A stretch of 51,562 bases of DNA from Octopus bimaculoides (taxonomy: Eukaryota), in contig NC_068986.1 in the NCBI RefSeq assembly GCF_001194135.2, positions 26,805,322-26,856,883 on the forward strand, given 5' to 3'. The notes under the pieces were generated by a model. That model made no database searches, was not told where the DNA came from, and saw only the letters and a list, made by a program, of their open reading frames with translations. Positions 41,231-51,203 of the stretch are shown piece by piece. Within the stretch, counting starts at the first letter, position 1; every line of letters starts with the position of its first letter. The translations under genes were made by a program, and so were the position numbers.

Positions 41231-43247
41231 AGGAGGGAGATGGTTGCAATGTGCTGGAGCATACTCTCATGAAATGGGGATTATAATATAAATGGGATGG
41301 TAGAGTAGACCAAGAGAGAGATAGATGGTGGCAAAGTGCCAGGGCATACTCTCAAGGTACAGGGGTCAGTATGATCTACTTATTTATACATTTATCTCAG
41401 GCTGGATTACCTTATGTGAAAGCCATCTTTGGACTTTGTAAAATAAGTACCAGTTATATATTGGATCGAGTCAGTTGTTTCAGCCCATTTCCTCTTTTTA
41501 ATTGTATTAAAGTAATTAATATTCTGGAATCTAGTACCAGGATTACTGACTACAAATCTAATCGAATGTTTATTTAACTCTTATGTTACCATATTTCTCT
41601 TGAAATTTACTACCTTTGTTTCAGTTAATTTTTAAAATGATGAAAGCATCTAGCACACTCTGTAAAGTGGTTGGCGTTAGGAAGGGCATCCAGCTGTAGA
41701 AACAATGCTACAACAGTCAGTTGGAGTCTGGACAGCTCCTCTCAAACCGTCCAACCCATACCAGCATGGAAAATGGACTTTAAATGATAAGCTGATGGTT
41801 AGATTATAAATTTGTATGGAATTTTGATGGAAGGTTTTAATTAAGATATCTTTAAACCAAGAAGTTTGTATCCATAGAACCTGTGGTGGTCTCTGGTGGG
41901 TTGATATTAAAAAGGTTAAGCCTTAAGTATTTAATTATAAAAGTACAACCAGTGCTTCAGGTTAGAAAAGATAGAATTTCTTGATCCTCCATGTAAATCT
42001 GATATAATATTATTCCTTTGTCCATTCTGGCTGACATAATTAGTTTTCAGTAAATTTTATAATTTCTTTCTTTCTTTCTTTACAGACCACGAGACATCAA
42101 AAGATTCTTTGTCTACTTTCTTTATTTGTTGGATATCTTTTACAACAATTCTCGAAAGTAAGTTCTGAATATTTTTCATATTGTTTACTATTCATATTGT
42201 TATTAATTATAAATGTACCAATCCAAGTTGGTAGATTGGTGGAAATGTTAGTGTTGGACAGTCTGCCTTACCTTATCTGTTCCAGCGCTTTGTGTTATGA
42301 AAATGATGTCTGATACAGCTCCAATGCCAAGCTGTATTGGCTTTTAATTTGGTGGGCTTCCCTTTAGGCAACTATGATGTTGTGGTGTAGAGAGGGAAAG
42401 ATTTGCATGCATGGTCATACTTTAATCTCTCAACATCTACCATAAAGCTGCTTACCTCGCTGTCATATTCCCACTCTGTTGAAGGGGCTCTTTAGTGAGT
42501 TGCATGATGACCTCACTAGTGCTGGTGTCTCAAGAAAAGCAAAGTGGTTGGCATTAGGAAGGGCATGCAGCCATTGGAACATTGACACAATCGCCTGACC
42601 TCTGTCAGCTCTTGTTGAATCATACATCTGATGCCAACATGGAAGATGGATGTTAAATGAAGAAGAGGATGTATGCACAAGTGTATACATAAATGAGGAA
42701 GAGGTGTATGCACAGGCATGGCTGTATGTCTAAGAAGTTTGTTTCTCAACGACATGGTTTGGGGTTCAGTCTCACTACATGGCATCATGAGCAAATGTCT
42801 TTTATCATAACCCTAGACCAACCAAAGCCTTGTGAGTGCATGTGGTTGAGGGGAAACTGAAAGAACCCCATTGTATATGTGTGCATTTCCTTGTTCACAT
42901 GTGTTGGTTTGCTGATTGTAAACAATGGCTTCACTTGTGTGTCATTTAGCTTTAGTTCAACACAAAAACATGTCTGGGCCTCTTGACATGTATGATCTTT
43001 GTAAATAAAAGGATTGTTCATCCAGTGTCATTTGTTTCCAGTTCTCCACATACACATTTCTGGGCTGTTTGTTGTTCAGTAGACTGGGAGATTATTACTT
43101 CACTTGGAAACAAGTGGAGGTCGGCAAAGGGAAAGGCATCCAGTTGGAAAACAGTTTCCCAGCACCCTCTTGTTTGACTCATGCAAGCACGAAAAAGTAG
43201 ACATGATGATATGTATACATGTGTGTATGTATATATGTATATATATA

Positions 43248-43328
<81 letters not shown>

Positions 43329-46300
43329 GTGTATGTGTGTGTGTGTGTGTATGTATGTGCATGTATTTGTGTATATTTGCATTTCTATCAAAGCTATTTG
43401 CACTTGTCTCAAAGCTAGTCCCGAGTTGAGCCTTTGAACATTTGTGGAATAAAAGATCCTTTTCTTGAAAAACAAAATATATGGTTGTCGGGAAAGTTCG
43501 TACCGATTTTTAAAGGAAAGAAAAAGGTCAATAAATACTCGCCATTACATTTTTAATCAACCAAATATGAACCATTTTGTTGCACAATGCGTCTCCATCT
43601 TTCCTTTAACTTGAAAATACCCTCTTCCCACAATTGAGGTGGTTTCATGGCAAATAAGTCGAAAGGTAAGCTACTATAAATCAGCACAAACTTTCGGGAC
43701 AACCCAATAATTGAACGGGTGCTGCAAAATTCCTGGCTTTAAGGATATCACAAAAGGCCTGGTTGGAGGCCCAACCTTTCAAGTTCTTTTACAGGGTTTA
43801 GAAAAACTAAAGGACTGCTGCAATAAGTGTACGAATCTGAGAGGGGAATATGTTGCATAAAAATCATAATTAACTGATCCTCTTGTATTTTCTTTTACCC
43901 AAAGCCAGGAACTTTTCAGTGCCTTCTTGTAATGGTTAGTGACAGGAAAGGTATCTGGTTGTAAAACAATGTCTCAATAATATACTTGTCTAGTCCATGC
44001 TAGCATGAAGAAATGGCCATAAAAATGAATGTAGTGGTCATCTTACTCACCACCATAACCCCCACCACTTCCATCAGCAAATTCACCATTTTCATCACCA
44101 TCACTACCTTCAGCATCTCACAACAGCACAATTGTCTTCATCAGCACAGTCAACAGCTTCACTATAAGTCAATAGGGCTGCCTCCACCTAATTGCTTGTC
44201 TTGCTAGAAATAACAGCCAAATCTCCCACACATCTCACTTATACTGTCTTGAGGTATATCTGGGGCATTGTAATCCCTGATATACAAAAAGGTGTCATGT
44301 TCATGGTTGGAGGGTCTTTACTCATAGGTCTGCTTGATAAAAGTTGGAGCTAAACAATAAGAAAACACCATCTTCAACACTGCCAACGGTTCCTTCACCA
44401 TCATCTCAATCGCCTTCATGATCACCATCAGCACCACCTTCATCAGCAAGGGATCCTCTATATGATTGCTCAACATGTTAGAAATGGCAACCACCAAATT
44501 CCTGTTAAATCACAGCCTATCATCTTAATACAGTAAATAACAAAGTCCTACATATTCTAAAATGTGATGGTCATGACTGGAATGCTTTTGATTGTATGTC
44601 TGCTTGATCAAGATTGACCTGGGGTTAAAGAACAGCTATAATGCCACCCCTATCACAGCACCTTTCCCCCCAATTTCTGGATCTTCATCACCAGCATTAA
44701 CACCATAACCAATGCTTCTACTGCTATTAATGCCAAAATCACCAGCCCCTGAAAACATCCCTCTGTACAGCCACAACATATCACTCTTACTTTACTAGCT
44801 CTCCTTTAACATGATTTCCATATCTGTTGTATCGTGGATCTTAGATGTGATAGCCTAGCTTATAGGTTACAGTGAGGAGAAGTGTGTCTTGTTTATGTGT
44901 GTGTGTTTGTGCACATGTGTGTGTATGAAGGTGTATTCACTTTTTTTTTCCCCTCCACTCATCATTTTTATATGTTAACATGTAATAGACTTTTCTAGTA
45001 TCTACTTCTGTGGAGAGCCTACCATCCTTAACTACAAAGCCTCCACTGACCTCTCTTCTAATCTATGGATATCACGTTTCTGGTTTTTTTGGTCAGTGCA
45101 TATGGAAATAGTGCTAAAGGTTATCGTTTTCTGCACAATCTTTACTGTTTTATTTGTTTGGGTATTTACTCCAGCCTCTCAAGTGATTATATGTTGGTTG
45201 AGTGGATGAGTTCGTTGACTTCACTTACTGTGCTGCTTTGATTTGTGAGGGTTTCTTTGCTAAACATTATGTACTTCCACAAATGTTGATGATGACGATG
45301 ATGACGATGATGATGATGATGGTTTAAGTTCAGTGACTCCACAAGGGCATGTAATTAAGACAACTTAAGTGGTTGTGGTAATGGTAGTGGTGGTAGGATT
45401 GTCCCTGGGTAATGTTGTCACTATTGGTATTGTTATGTCTGTCATCACCACCATCATTGTCATCAGTGTTATCTTTGTCATCATCATCTGATCCTGAACA
45501 CCCGCATGCTATCATCATCATTATCTTCAACATGATCACAACCACCCTATCATCAAATCGTCGTAGTTATCATTTCAGTTATCAGAACTGTTATCTTCAT
45601 TAACATCACCTCATCATCATTACAATTATCAGCACCACCACCACCACCATCATCAGCATCACCATAAGCAGCATATCATTTTGATCATCATCATCAATAC
45701 CTTAAGCAACACATCAATACAGTTATCATCTTTATCATCAACACCACATTATAATCATCATCATCAATCATCGTTACCACCACCACCACCACCACCAACA
45801 CCACCACCACCACCACCACCACCACCACCACAGACTTGAACACCTACTATAATCAGCCTTACCACTTTTAGCATCATCTTCAACATTATGGCCCCCACCT
45901 TCATCGTCATCTCCACCATCTATATCCACCAGTGTTATGGTGATGAAAAATGTAGAACTGTAGAGGTGAAAAATATATAAAAAAAAAGATCAAAGAAAAC
46001 TCAAGGAACTAGAAATGATTTAAGACTCCATAGAGTTTCATGGCTAAATTTCTCATTTTTTGTTTGTTTCCTTTTCCATACTTTTTTCTTTCTTTTCTCT
46101 CAAAGAATGGGTAAAAGGTTAAGATATTTTCTCCTGCTTCTAACCTACTTATTCCATAGCTTTCTGGCTTTTATTATTTATATATTTGGCTATTTCTTCT
46201 TAGACAGATTCTTATATATATAATATAGAATTGGCAGAATCGATACACCGGAGAGCAAAGTATCTTGCAGTATTTAGTTTTCATATCCCATAATATTCTG

Positions 46301-47749
46301 TGTTCAAATCTTGCCTTTTACTCTCTCATGAGTTGATAACAATAATTACTGGTATCAGCAGAGGTTCATTTAGTCTGCTAATCTCTGCTACTAATCTCAT
46401 AATACTATCTTAATGCTCTTTATCATGTGCTTGTTTAAGAAATTTTATTATACTGATGGTGTGTGACCAGAAAAGAACCAGGGTCATAGAGGTGCAGTCA
46501 TGGCCCTGTGGTTAAGAAATTAACTTCCTAACCACATGGTTTCAGGTTCAGTTCCATTGTGTGGCACCATGGGCAAATGTCTTTTATTATAGCTTTGAGT
46601 TAACCAAAACCTGGTTCCCATGCATTTCCCTGAAGAGAAGATTACATTCTTATCAACATCACCTATTCCTATGGAAGGTATAATTTGTAATCTTCGAAAC
46701 ATATGTTGGAAATAAAAGTATGCAGTTAACATATGCGTTTTACTCCATTTACTAAATTTATATATATATNNNNNNNNNNNNNNNNNNNNNNNNNNNNNNN
46801 NNNNNNNNNNNNNNNNNNNNNNNTATATATCAAGAGAAAGAGAGATACATATATTTATGCAATATAATAATTTATCTTTTTTTCTTGTTCTTTTTTTTTT
46901 CTGTAGTGTTGAAGCACCTGAAATTCAAGAATGTTGTCAGAAAACATTGCAAGACTTCAATCTGTGTATGTTCTATGAACCTGTCTGCTACAACAGTAGA
47001 GATAATGTGTTTACACCCCTGCGCCACCACAGTTCATCTTCCATTGATCACCTCCAATATTTGGATGATGATATTGTGTTCAAGATTGCTGTCATTTGCA
47101 TGGCAACCGTACATTTGCTTGAAAGAAATGGTTAGTCTTTTATCTTCTTATTGCAGATTTTGTATTTTTCTGTTTCTTTTATTTTTTTTTTGTTTTAAAT
47201 GTTTTTCTTTTTACTGTATTTGTAAAAAAGAAAAAAATTTATTTGCTCTTTTAGTTGTCTTAATTTGTTTTTGTTCATGTGGATATTTTTCTAATTTTAC
47301 TGGCATTTATATCCCCCCCCCACACCTCTTTCATGATGCAAATTGAATTGTAAATTTATGTGATCTGAATTGAGTGTTTTTTTCTCTTTTTATTTGTTTC
47401 TATCTTTGAAATGGATTAAATTAATTATTTATCTATACATTTATTAATTTATATTTTTGCAACTTTTTTAAAATTAATAAACAAAATGACTTTGTTATAG
47501 TATTTCGAAGAAGGTACTCTGTTGTGATTTTACTGTGCCATATCTAAGTATGTATGAAAAGGTGCATAATATAATATAATATATGATATAAGAAATTAAC
47601 ACACACATATATGTATAGATACTGGTGTGGCTGTGTGATTAAGAAGCTTGCTTTCCTTGCCAAAATTTGAAACCATTATTATTATCTGTATCTTTCAATA
47701 CATCTCAATGCTTCTAAAGCAAACTTTGTTGACTTTCAATGTAAGTTGA

Positions 47750-47785
<36 letters not shown>

Positions 47786-50700
47786 CATCATTAATAAGGC
47801 AGCGAGCTGGCTAAATCGTTAGCACTCTGGACGAAATGCTTAGCAGTGTTCCGCCCGTTGCTACATTCTGAGTTCAAATTTTGCCAAAGTCGACTTTACC
47901 TTTCATCTTTACAGGGTTGATAAAATGAGTATCATTAAAACATTGGAGTCAATGAAATCGACTTATCCCTTCCCCAAAACTGCTGCCCTCGTGGCAAAAT
48001 TTGAATCCATTATTATTATATTGTCTGTACAGCTTCTAATGCTAGAGATGTACTACGGTGTCAGCTGTTCACTACCAGTGAACTAAGGTAACATCCCTTA
48101 TTTTTCGAGCACCATTGAGTGGTTCCAAATAGTGCTATTTTTTGCCAGTGTTCCACCCTTGTTGCAGCCCCATTATTATTATTATTATTATTATTATTAT
48201 CATTATTGAGTGAGAGAGTAGTGTATGCCATCAAAATGACACTGGGGTAAAATATACGAAGCCCAGTATACCCATCATGAGTACCTGTCTGATAAGGGTA
48301 CATCAGGCACATGCATCACAACCATATGTGCACAACATGGTGATCTCATATCAAGATAAACAGCACATGACCTTGCAGGTGGGGCCTAGTTACAATTTTT
48401 TTCAGGTCGAGTAGCCCATCCTGTTTAAATGGTCCTTAAATAAGGGTTGTTTAAGGATGTTGAAGGAAACATCCATATTTCCAGAGGTGAATTATTCAAA
48501 CCCCAAAGAATTCCTCTCAACACATGACTATGATGCTCCCCCACTACTTCTGCTTGTGATCAGAGATGCACATATCATCAACCACTAAGAGTCATGCTCA
48601 ACTGGTTACGGTCAAACAACTGACAAGCAAATCTGCGGTATTGAACAGAATATTTGCTGTAGCCCATCTTTTATACCAAGACAAAACAATGTTCATGATA
48701 ACACTTCCAATCAGTTAAGATCAGAAGCCATGAGAACCACTGCCTGGTATTGCATCAGGGCTAATTATTATTATTATTATTATTATCATCATTATTATTA
48801 TTATTATTATTATACAGACACCATTTTCTCTGAAATTTCCCAAAGTTTGTTTTTCTTTGTTCCTATTTTCTAGTCAAACAAAATTATGAACAATTCTAGC
48901 ATCATTTTCTACTTCCCACTAGTATTTTAGTTAATAATCAAGTTAACAATACTGTTTTCATTAATAATCTTTCCAAACACCGATACAAGCCTAAGCTTAT
49001 TTGAGACTAGGTCGAGGAGGGAGATGCAATGGTAGCAAATGTGACAAGAGTTGTTTTGCTGATGTTAAAGTCACACTTAACATTTAGAAATATTTCTGCA
49101 TCTCCAGCTCATCTCCTCAGGCCTTTCATAAAATATAAAGTTAGTTGTTGTATTATTTTTCTTTTTGTATCACCTCTAAGCATTTGTTAATCTATGTAGA
49201 GCTGTGATCTTTCTCTGTAAAGGTTATGTGGTGGTGGTGATGAAGATGATGATGATGGCAAAATTATTGGTGCTGGCAATGGAGTGATTTGAAGTTTCTT
49301 TTAGTTTGAACAATTTTTTTTACTGTTATTTTTATATCTGTTTTTTTTTTAAATTTTTATTTTTTTATTTTAAAAAAAAAATTCTTGCATAGTCAGGATT
49401 AATTTTTGTTTTCCAACTCTGCTGGATCTTTGCATGTAATAGGAGCAGTTCTTTTACAGCTAGATGCTTTTCCTCTTTGTCACCATTCAGCTCTGGAGCA
49501 GGAGTGCAACCAGCTGTTTGACTAACAGACTGAAGCAAGCACAGTAATGTGTGTTGTCAAGAAAAACAAGACATCTGTTGTACAGCATGAACCCTTGAGC
49601 ATCTAGTCAATAGCAAAGTTCTTCAACTGTGCTGTAATTGTATGTTTATAAACAACGGTCAACTATTTCAATACATTTGAAGGACTCAGCTGCAGAGACT
49701 TAGTGTGTGAGGTGTGGTGGGAGTAGTTAAAGGGGAAGCACTTCTCTCCTTCTCACACAGGAGTGAAGGGATGTAAAATTCTTGTAGCCTAGCACACCTA
49801 TTGATTAAGTGGGGCAATCGAAAGTGCCTTTGTTCTTCTCCTGGCCCTGTTGTGGCTATTATAAGGACATTTAGCTGTCAACAGCAAGCCAACAAAGATA
49901 TCAGATAGATATTTCACCACTGTAAGCAACAAAGAGCATCATTGTGGTAGCTCGACAAGTTAGAAATAGCAGTTAAATCCCCCAAAATCACACTCTACTG
50001 TACCATCTTTAAAATGATCATATTTGAGTAATGTAAACTGAGATGGACCACCTTAAAATATAAGATAGTCACAGTTAAAAGATGTCAATCACATGTCTGC
50101 TTAGCCAGCAGCAATTCGGCAAAATTGTCTTTGGAATTTCATTGGTTTGCATTGCTGTCATCTATTTCTCTGGTAAGAATGGTCAAATTAGGTTTTATTC
50201 TTAGAATTTTCGTTGGACATTTTTGAAATCATTTTATTTTTAGACATAAAACTCTACAGAGGTGCATGTTATATATCATCAAGTTACACACTGTTTACTT
50301 TTGATGTTATAGGAAAACAGGGCATCTTGAGTGTGTGCTGAAAGAAACTAACTGCTGAGATTTTCAATGATGATAGGTTAGGAATTAAATTGATTTATAA
50401 ATATAGTGTTTACATTCAATCTGTTGGGTCACCTTTTGTTCCAATACAGACAATCTCTCTAGTGCTGGTGTCCTGATAAAATGCACCCAATCTATCTGTA
50501 AATTGGTAAAAGGGAAAGAAAAGCAACCAGTTGTAAAGATATACCTTCAGAAAGAAAATGACATACACGATGGCTAAGATTGGCAGTTTCCTCTGTTGCA
50601 GTGTGATGAAGTAGATGATGAAGGATCACAAAAAGTGGCCGGGCATAGATGTTGGTGGTGATGTTGACCATGATAAGGATAACTAAATACTCCATCTACA

Positions 50701-50923
50701 TCGATGGTGTTTTGCAAAGCATATTTCTTTTGTTTGTGTATATTAAATTATCAAATTGTTTTCTTGTTTATTTTGTCTTGCTGTGTAGGTTCCCGTCAAG
50801 TGACTGCTGCCATGGCATTTTTATTGGCTCTGTTCTCGCACATCCTCAACCATGTTGTCATACGCTTGCAAGGAGCTCTTTATGATCGAGAAAACCTCAC
50901 TAAACTCGCTGTTGCAGGAGCAG
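1807..50923 (+). CDS. SMG5: SMG5 nonsense-mediated decay factor (EST1 family); spliced CDS of 11 exons, 3'-partial, continuing beyond the window
   Basis: The joined exons translate without stops: MKKAGQKKDEVKPEVDKARRVYR-AALDAIRRLDDLL...LMFYNPIDYGRKAEEVLWRKVFYDIIQLVK...WALGACHRCLVYLGDIARYQ...AERFYYQAL...GIPHNQLGSL...PFDGAHGNLKRL...LQDFNLCMFY...FLLALFSHILNHVVIRLQ. This is collinear with human SMG5 as I recall it (DYGRKAEELLWRKVYY, ACHRCLVYLGDL, GMPFNQLG, FEGAYGNLKRL, LEDFNLCLFY, LALFSHLVNHV). All ten complete introns are GT-AG with matching phases. Confidence 0.96.
4519..4950 (-). mobile_element. SINE family A, full length
   Basis: Reverse complement of the 5522-5920 copy, from head (ggcgcaagagtgg...) to (GAGTAAAA)n tail. 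Confidence 0.9.
5522..5920 (+). mobile_element. SINE family A, full length
   Basis: Head ggcgcaggagTGGCTGTGTGGtaag (A-box-like) and GGTTCAGTCCC (B-box-like), central microsatellite, tail aaaagagtaaaagag. Confidence 0.9.
6942..7332 (+). mobile_element. SINE family A, full length
   Basis: Same head, body and tail as 5522-5920. Confidence 0.9.
13853..13914 (+). mobile_element. Isolated tRNA-like SINE head of another family
   Basis: ggaggcgcaatggcccagtggttaaggtagcggactc...gtgatttcaat: A-box-like motif, then truncated; no cloverleaf 3' end. Confidence 0.5.
14236..14570 (+). mobile_element. SINE family A, head lost in a 10-N gap
   Basis: gttccaggttcagtcccactgcgtggcacc through gagtaaaagagtagag. 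Confidence 0.85.
15044..15261 (+). mobile_element. piggyBac-like MITE, left terminus eroded
   Basis: Same body; right end TACTAAAGGG-TTAA. Confidence 0.75.
21704..21778. repeat. 16-bp minisatellite (AAGAATCATGATTTAC) x4.7, followed by (TG)n
   Basis: Perfect units start at 21704, 21720, 21736 and 21752, with a partial unit at 21768. Confidence 0.95.
24725..25086 (+). mobile_element. Repeat family B (SINE or LINE 3' end, RTE-type tail) with (GAT)n tail
   Basis: Core gtggttggcgttaggaagggcatccagctgtagaaac...ccaacccatgctagcatggaaagcggacattaaac(gat)n. Many further copies, e.g. ~10030-10280, 11730-11890, 31430-31610, 35500-35735, 41647-41790 and 42510-42665. Confidence 0.8.
25380..26130 (-). mobile_element. 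Highly decayed CR1/L2/Jockey-group LINE reverse transcriptase fossil
   Basis: Minus-strand fragments in the expected order: IEFSEAFNHV (LDxSKAFDRV), LGSVMYPTLLFFRIND (QGSVLSPTLFxxFIND), SNNTHSNVCHATL (YADD region, eroded), GLKKYFS and KYSSSTWNGA (MEYxxxxWxG). Many stops and frameshifts. Confidence 0.65.
26841..27046 (+). mobile_element. piggyBac-like MITE (TTAA-flanked)
   Basis: Begins TTAA-CCCTTTAGC and ends with degenerate TAGTAAAAAG-TTAA; body shared with the 15044, 30609 and 39812 copies. Confidence 0.75.
27199..27297 (+). CDS. SMG5: SMG5 exon 2 (99 nt)
   Basis: Acceptor ttctctttcaaattacag|G, donor AA|GTAGGC. Encodes (R)AALDAIRRLDDLLQQKRAYRNVFTQDAVGLRN(K). Confidence 0.93.
27428..28285 (+). 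mobile_element. Decayed Tc1/mariner-superfamily transposon (maT/DD37D-like) with a transposase C-terminal relic at ~27817-28154
   Basis: Broken translation LETIVKPWLERVATGKLCVLQQDLAPFHTPGKCQKWLSEN.../TDCSTFDYYV*SIVE/...RDTVRNTCAIFWNSSEAVVEAE resembles QQDSAPxH...SPDxNPLDY. Degenerate TIRs TA-caaggtgttcagactaaacttga and tcaaatgtagcccacacaacctg-TA. Confidence 0.75.
29062..29185 (+). CDS. SMG5: SMG5 exon 3 (124 nt)
   Basis: Acceptor tgtag|G, donor CGG|GTAATC. Encodes LKYYCERLMFYNPIDYGRKAEEVLWRKVFYDIIQLVKRNKR, the signature motif. Confidence 0.97.
29408..29773 (-). mobile_element. Repeat family B, antisense copy with an internal 67-bp tandem duplication (29632-29765)
   Basis: (TCA)n tail followed by the reverse complement of the family B core. 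The unit ctcaaaatggtgtattttacgt...ctggcaa(g/c)gatctcg starts at 29632 and 29699, with a partial third at 29766. Confidence 0.85.
29877..30279 (-). mobile_element. SINE family A, full length, 113 nt upstream of exon 4
   Basis: Reverse complement of the family A body from tail to head (...cacacagccactcctatgcc). Confidence 0.9.
30393..30549 (+). CDS. SMG5: SMG5 exon 4 (157 nt)
   Basis: Acceptor ttcaatttcag|CAT, donor CAG|GTATAA. Encodes HIRPHGSLETAFRTHLAAATGYYYHLLLRLQTEFCLQLDGKLDFPVVPDHST. Confidence 0.95.
30609..30832 (-). mobile_element. piggyBac-like MITE, opposite orientation
   Basis: TTAA-CCTTTTAGTA ... TACTAAGGGG-TTAA inverted termini; body is the reverse complement of the 26841 copy. 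Confidence 0.8.
30953..31060 (+). CDS. SMG5: SMG5 exon 5 (108 nt)
   Basis: Acceptor ttttttaacag|GG, donor TTG|GTAAGT. Encodes KKSQLHNSKKKEVSITVQEWALGACHRCLVYLGDI. Confidence 0.95.
31859..32188 (+). mobile_element. Non-autonomous Helitron-like element (330 bp)
   Basis: 5' A|TCTCTATATATAAAAG and 3' ctcgagcaaggccgggtttctctgCTAG|T: TC...CTAG termini, A|T insertion site, no TSD, weak subterminal GC hairpin. Confidence 0.65.
34380..34469 (+). CDS. SMG5: SMG5 exon 6 (90 nt)
   Basis: Acceptor tattttcag|CC, donor TTG|GTAAGT. Encodes (A)RYQQDFDHSLSNSTAERFYYQALCLLPDV. Confidence 0.95.
34500..34990 (-). mobile_element. Probable internally deleted RTE-type LINE derivative
   Basis: The minus strand has catgaccctaaaaagctatgccag...gctcttggtaggacc...ggacaggtcaaagg (RTE-like 5' UTR, from memory) and ends ...tggaggaaggtcatcaacagccaatgctgc...gaagggcttc (RTE-like 3' end). 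Confidence 0.45.
35075..35405 (-). mobile_element. Older diverged family A-like SINE; similar fragments near 8455-8610(-), 8905-9030(+), 9782-9890(+), 11905-12055(-), 19515-19720(+), 39360-39490(+), 42712-42880(+) and 46490-46620(+)
   Basis: Recognisable blocks (ctaccaaatccactcacaaggc, gtgggactgaacc, ccacacagcc) with many CpG-decay-type changes; boundaries approximate. Confidence 0.7.
36421..36499 (+). CDS. SMG5: SMG5 exon 7 (79 nt)
   Basis: Acceptor tatttttaag|GT, donor ATG|GTAAGT. Encodes (G)IPHNQLGSLVASRYFHTEAAYHYIR(C). Confidence 0.95.
36745..37115 (+). mobile_element. Repeat family D (SINE-like, (AAC)n-type tail), two tandem copies; others at ~13001-13210(-), 15880-16090(+), 17395-17590(+), 28425-28645(-), 37950-38160(+), 44195-44640(+, two) and 49945-50110(+)
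   Basis: Recurring blocks gctagaaata(a/g)cagccaaat...ggacacattggataat...ggaatgcctttgatcataggtctgc...ctgacctggggctaaacaac; boundaries approximate. Confidence 0.65.
38354..38479 (+). CDS. SMG5: SMG5 exon 8 (126 nt)
   Basis: Acceptor accaaaacag|T, donor GAG|GTAAGT. Encodes LVSQKPFDGAHGNLKRLLEKNLKRFTELSQKSPRDLPPEQQ(R). Confidence 0.94.
39747..40037. mobile_element. piggyBac-like MITE (39812-40037) preceded by an inverted terminal fragment of the same family (39747-39803)
   Basis: Two TTAACCCTTTAGCA starts, at 39747 and 39812. The first is followed by the reverse complement of the element's other end. Confidence 0.75.
40675..40985 (-). mobile_element. Repeat family B, antisense older copy
   Basis: (TCA)n...ttccatgctggcat...caactggatgcc...ccaacc, with a second ctggatgccc block. 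Confidence 0.7.
41574..41919. mobile_element. Second TTAA-type MITE family interrupted by a family B copy (~41647-41790)
   Basis: ttaactcttatgttacc ... ggttgatattaaaaaggttaa degenerate termini with the family B core in the middle. Confidence 0.5.
42086..42157 (+). CDS. SMG5: SMG5 exon 9 (72 nt)
   Basis: Acceptor ttctttctttacag|A, donor GAAA|GTAAGT. Encodes PRDIKRFFVYFLYLLDIFYNNSR (compare KDIKRLLVNFMYL). Confidence 0.92.
43210..43375. repeat. Compound (TA)n/(TG)n microsatellite; others include (TA)n 3046-3097 and 3355-3410, (CA)n 17636-17686, (GA)n 32947-33002 and 41187-41229
   Basis: Directly visible. Confidence 0.9.
43478..43709 (-). mobile_element. Mariner-derived MITE (internal deletion)
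   Basis: TIRs tatatggttgtcgggaaagttcgtaccga and tcagcacaaactttcgggacaacccaata. The minus strand reads DLFAMKPPQLWEEGIFKLKERWRRIVQQNGSYLVD*, a mariner C-terminus. Confidence 0.85.
43712..43931 (+). mobile_element. Second mariner-derived MITE (different TIR)
   Basis: TIRs acgggtgctgcaaaattcctggcttt and aaagccaggaacttttcagtgccttcttgta. The plus strand reads LEKLKDCCNKCTNLRGEYVA*, resembling L..RW.KC...GEYVE. Confidence 0.75.
45290..45950. repeat. Low-complexity (GAT)n/(CAT)n/(CAC)n region; similar tracts at 12520-12665, 17690-17750 and 44020-44140
   Basis: Directly visible trinucleotide runs. Confidence 0.85.
46907..47130 (+). CDS. SMG5: SMG5 exon 10 (224 nt)
   Basis: Acceptor ttttttctgtag|T, donor ATG|GTTAGT. 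Encodes VEAPEIQECCQKTLQDFNLCMFY...YLDDDIVFKIAVICMATVHLLERN. Confidence 0.94.
47796..48020 (+). mobile_element. SINE family C (tRNA-like head) with (TTA)n tail; older copies at ~20070-20270 and ~20700-20930
   Basis: aaggcagcgagctggc...gaaatgcttagc...ctgagttcaaatt...gataaaatgagta...aatcgactta...caaaatttgaatcc(att)n. Confidence 0.75.
48208..48761 (-). mobile_element. 554-bp interspersed element lying between two TAA/TTA microsatellites
   Basis: Sharp boundaries against (TTA)n at 48171-48207 and 48763-48812; no ORF, no TIR. Strand is inferred, not shown. Confidence 0.6.
50789..50923 (+). CDS. SMG5: SMG5 exon 11 (135 nt)
   Basis: Acceptor ttgctgtgtag|GT, donor CAG|GTAAAA. Encodes SRQVTAAMAFLLALFSHILNHVVIRLQGALYDRENLTKLAVAGA. 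Confidence 0.93.
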
Positions 50924-51203
50924 GTAAAATATTTTGCATTCTTATTCAATACAGTTTTAGAAGCAGATAAACTGTTCTGGTGGGTGGGGGTGGGGTGTAG
51001 GTTATTTGCTAACTTGTGAACATAGTAATTTAGAGTTTTTTTTTGTTTTTTTTTGTGAGCAAGGAAATTAGGAGTTATGATTGCAATTTGGTCTTTTCCT
51101 AATGGCATCAACAAAGTAAATGAAATGAAATGACATGGCTCAACAAGGAATTGAAACATTGACCTGTCAAGAGATTATGAGCAATAATAATAATAATAAT
51201 AAT

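Noticed and set aside
27199-50923. Alternative identity as SMG6, SMG7 or EST1
   Set aside because: The short N-terminus and the DYGRKAEExLWRKV and FNLCxFY motifs fit SMG5. SMG6 has a long N-terminal extension, and SMG7 differs at these motifs.
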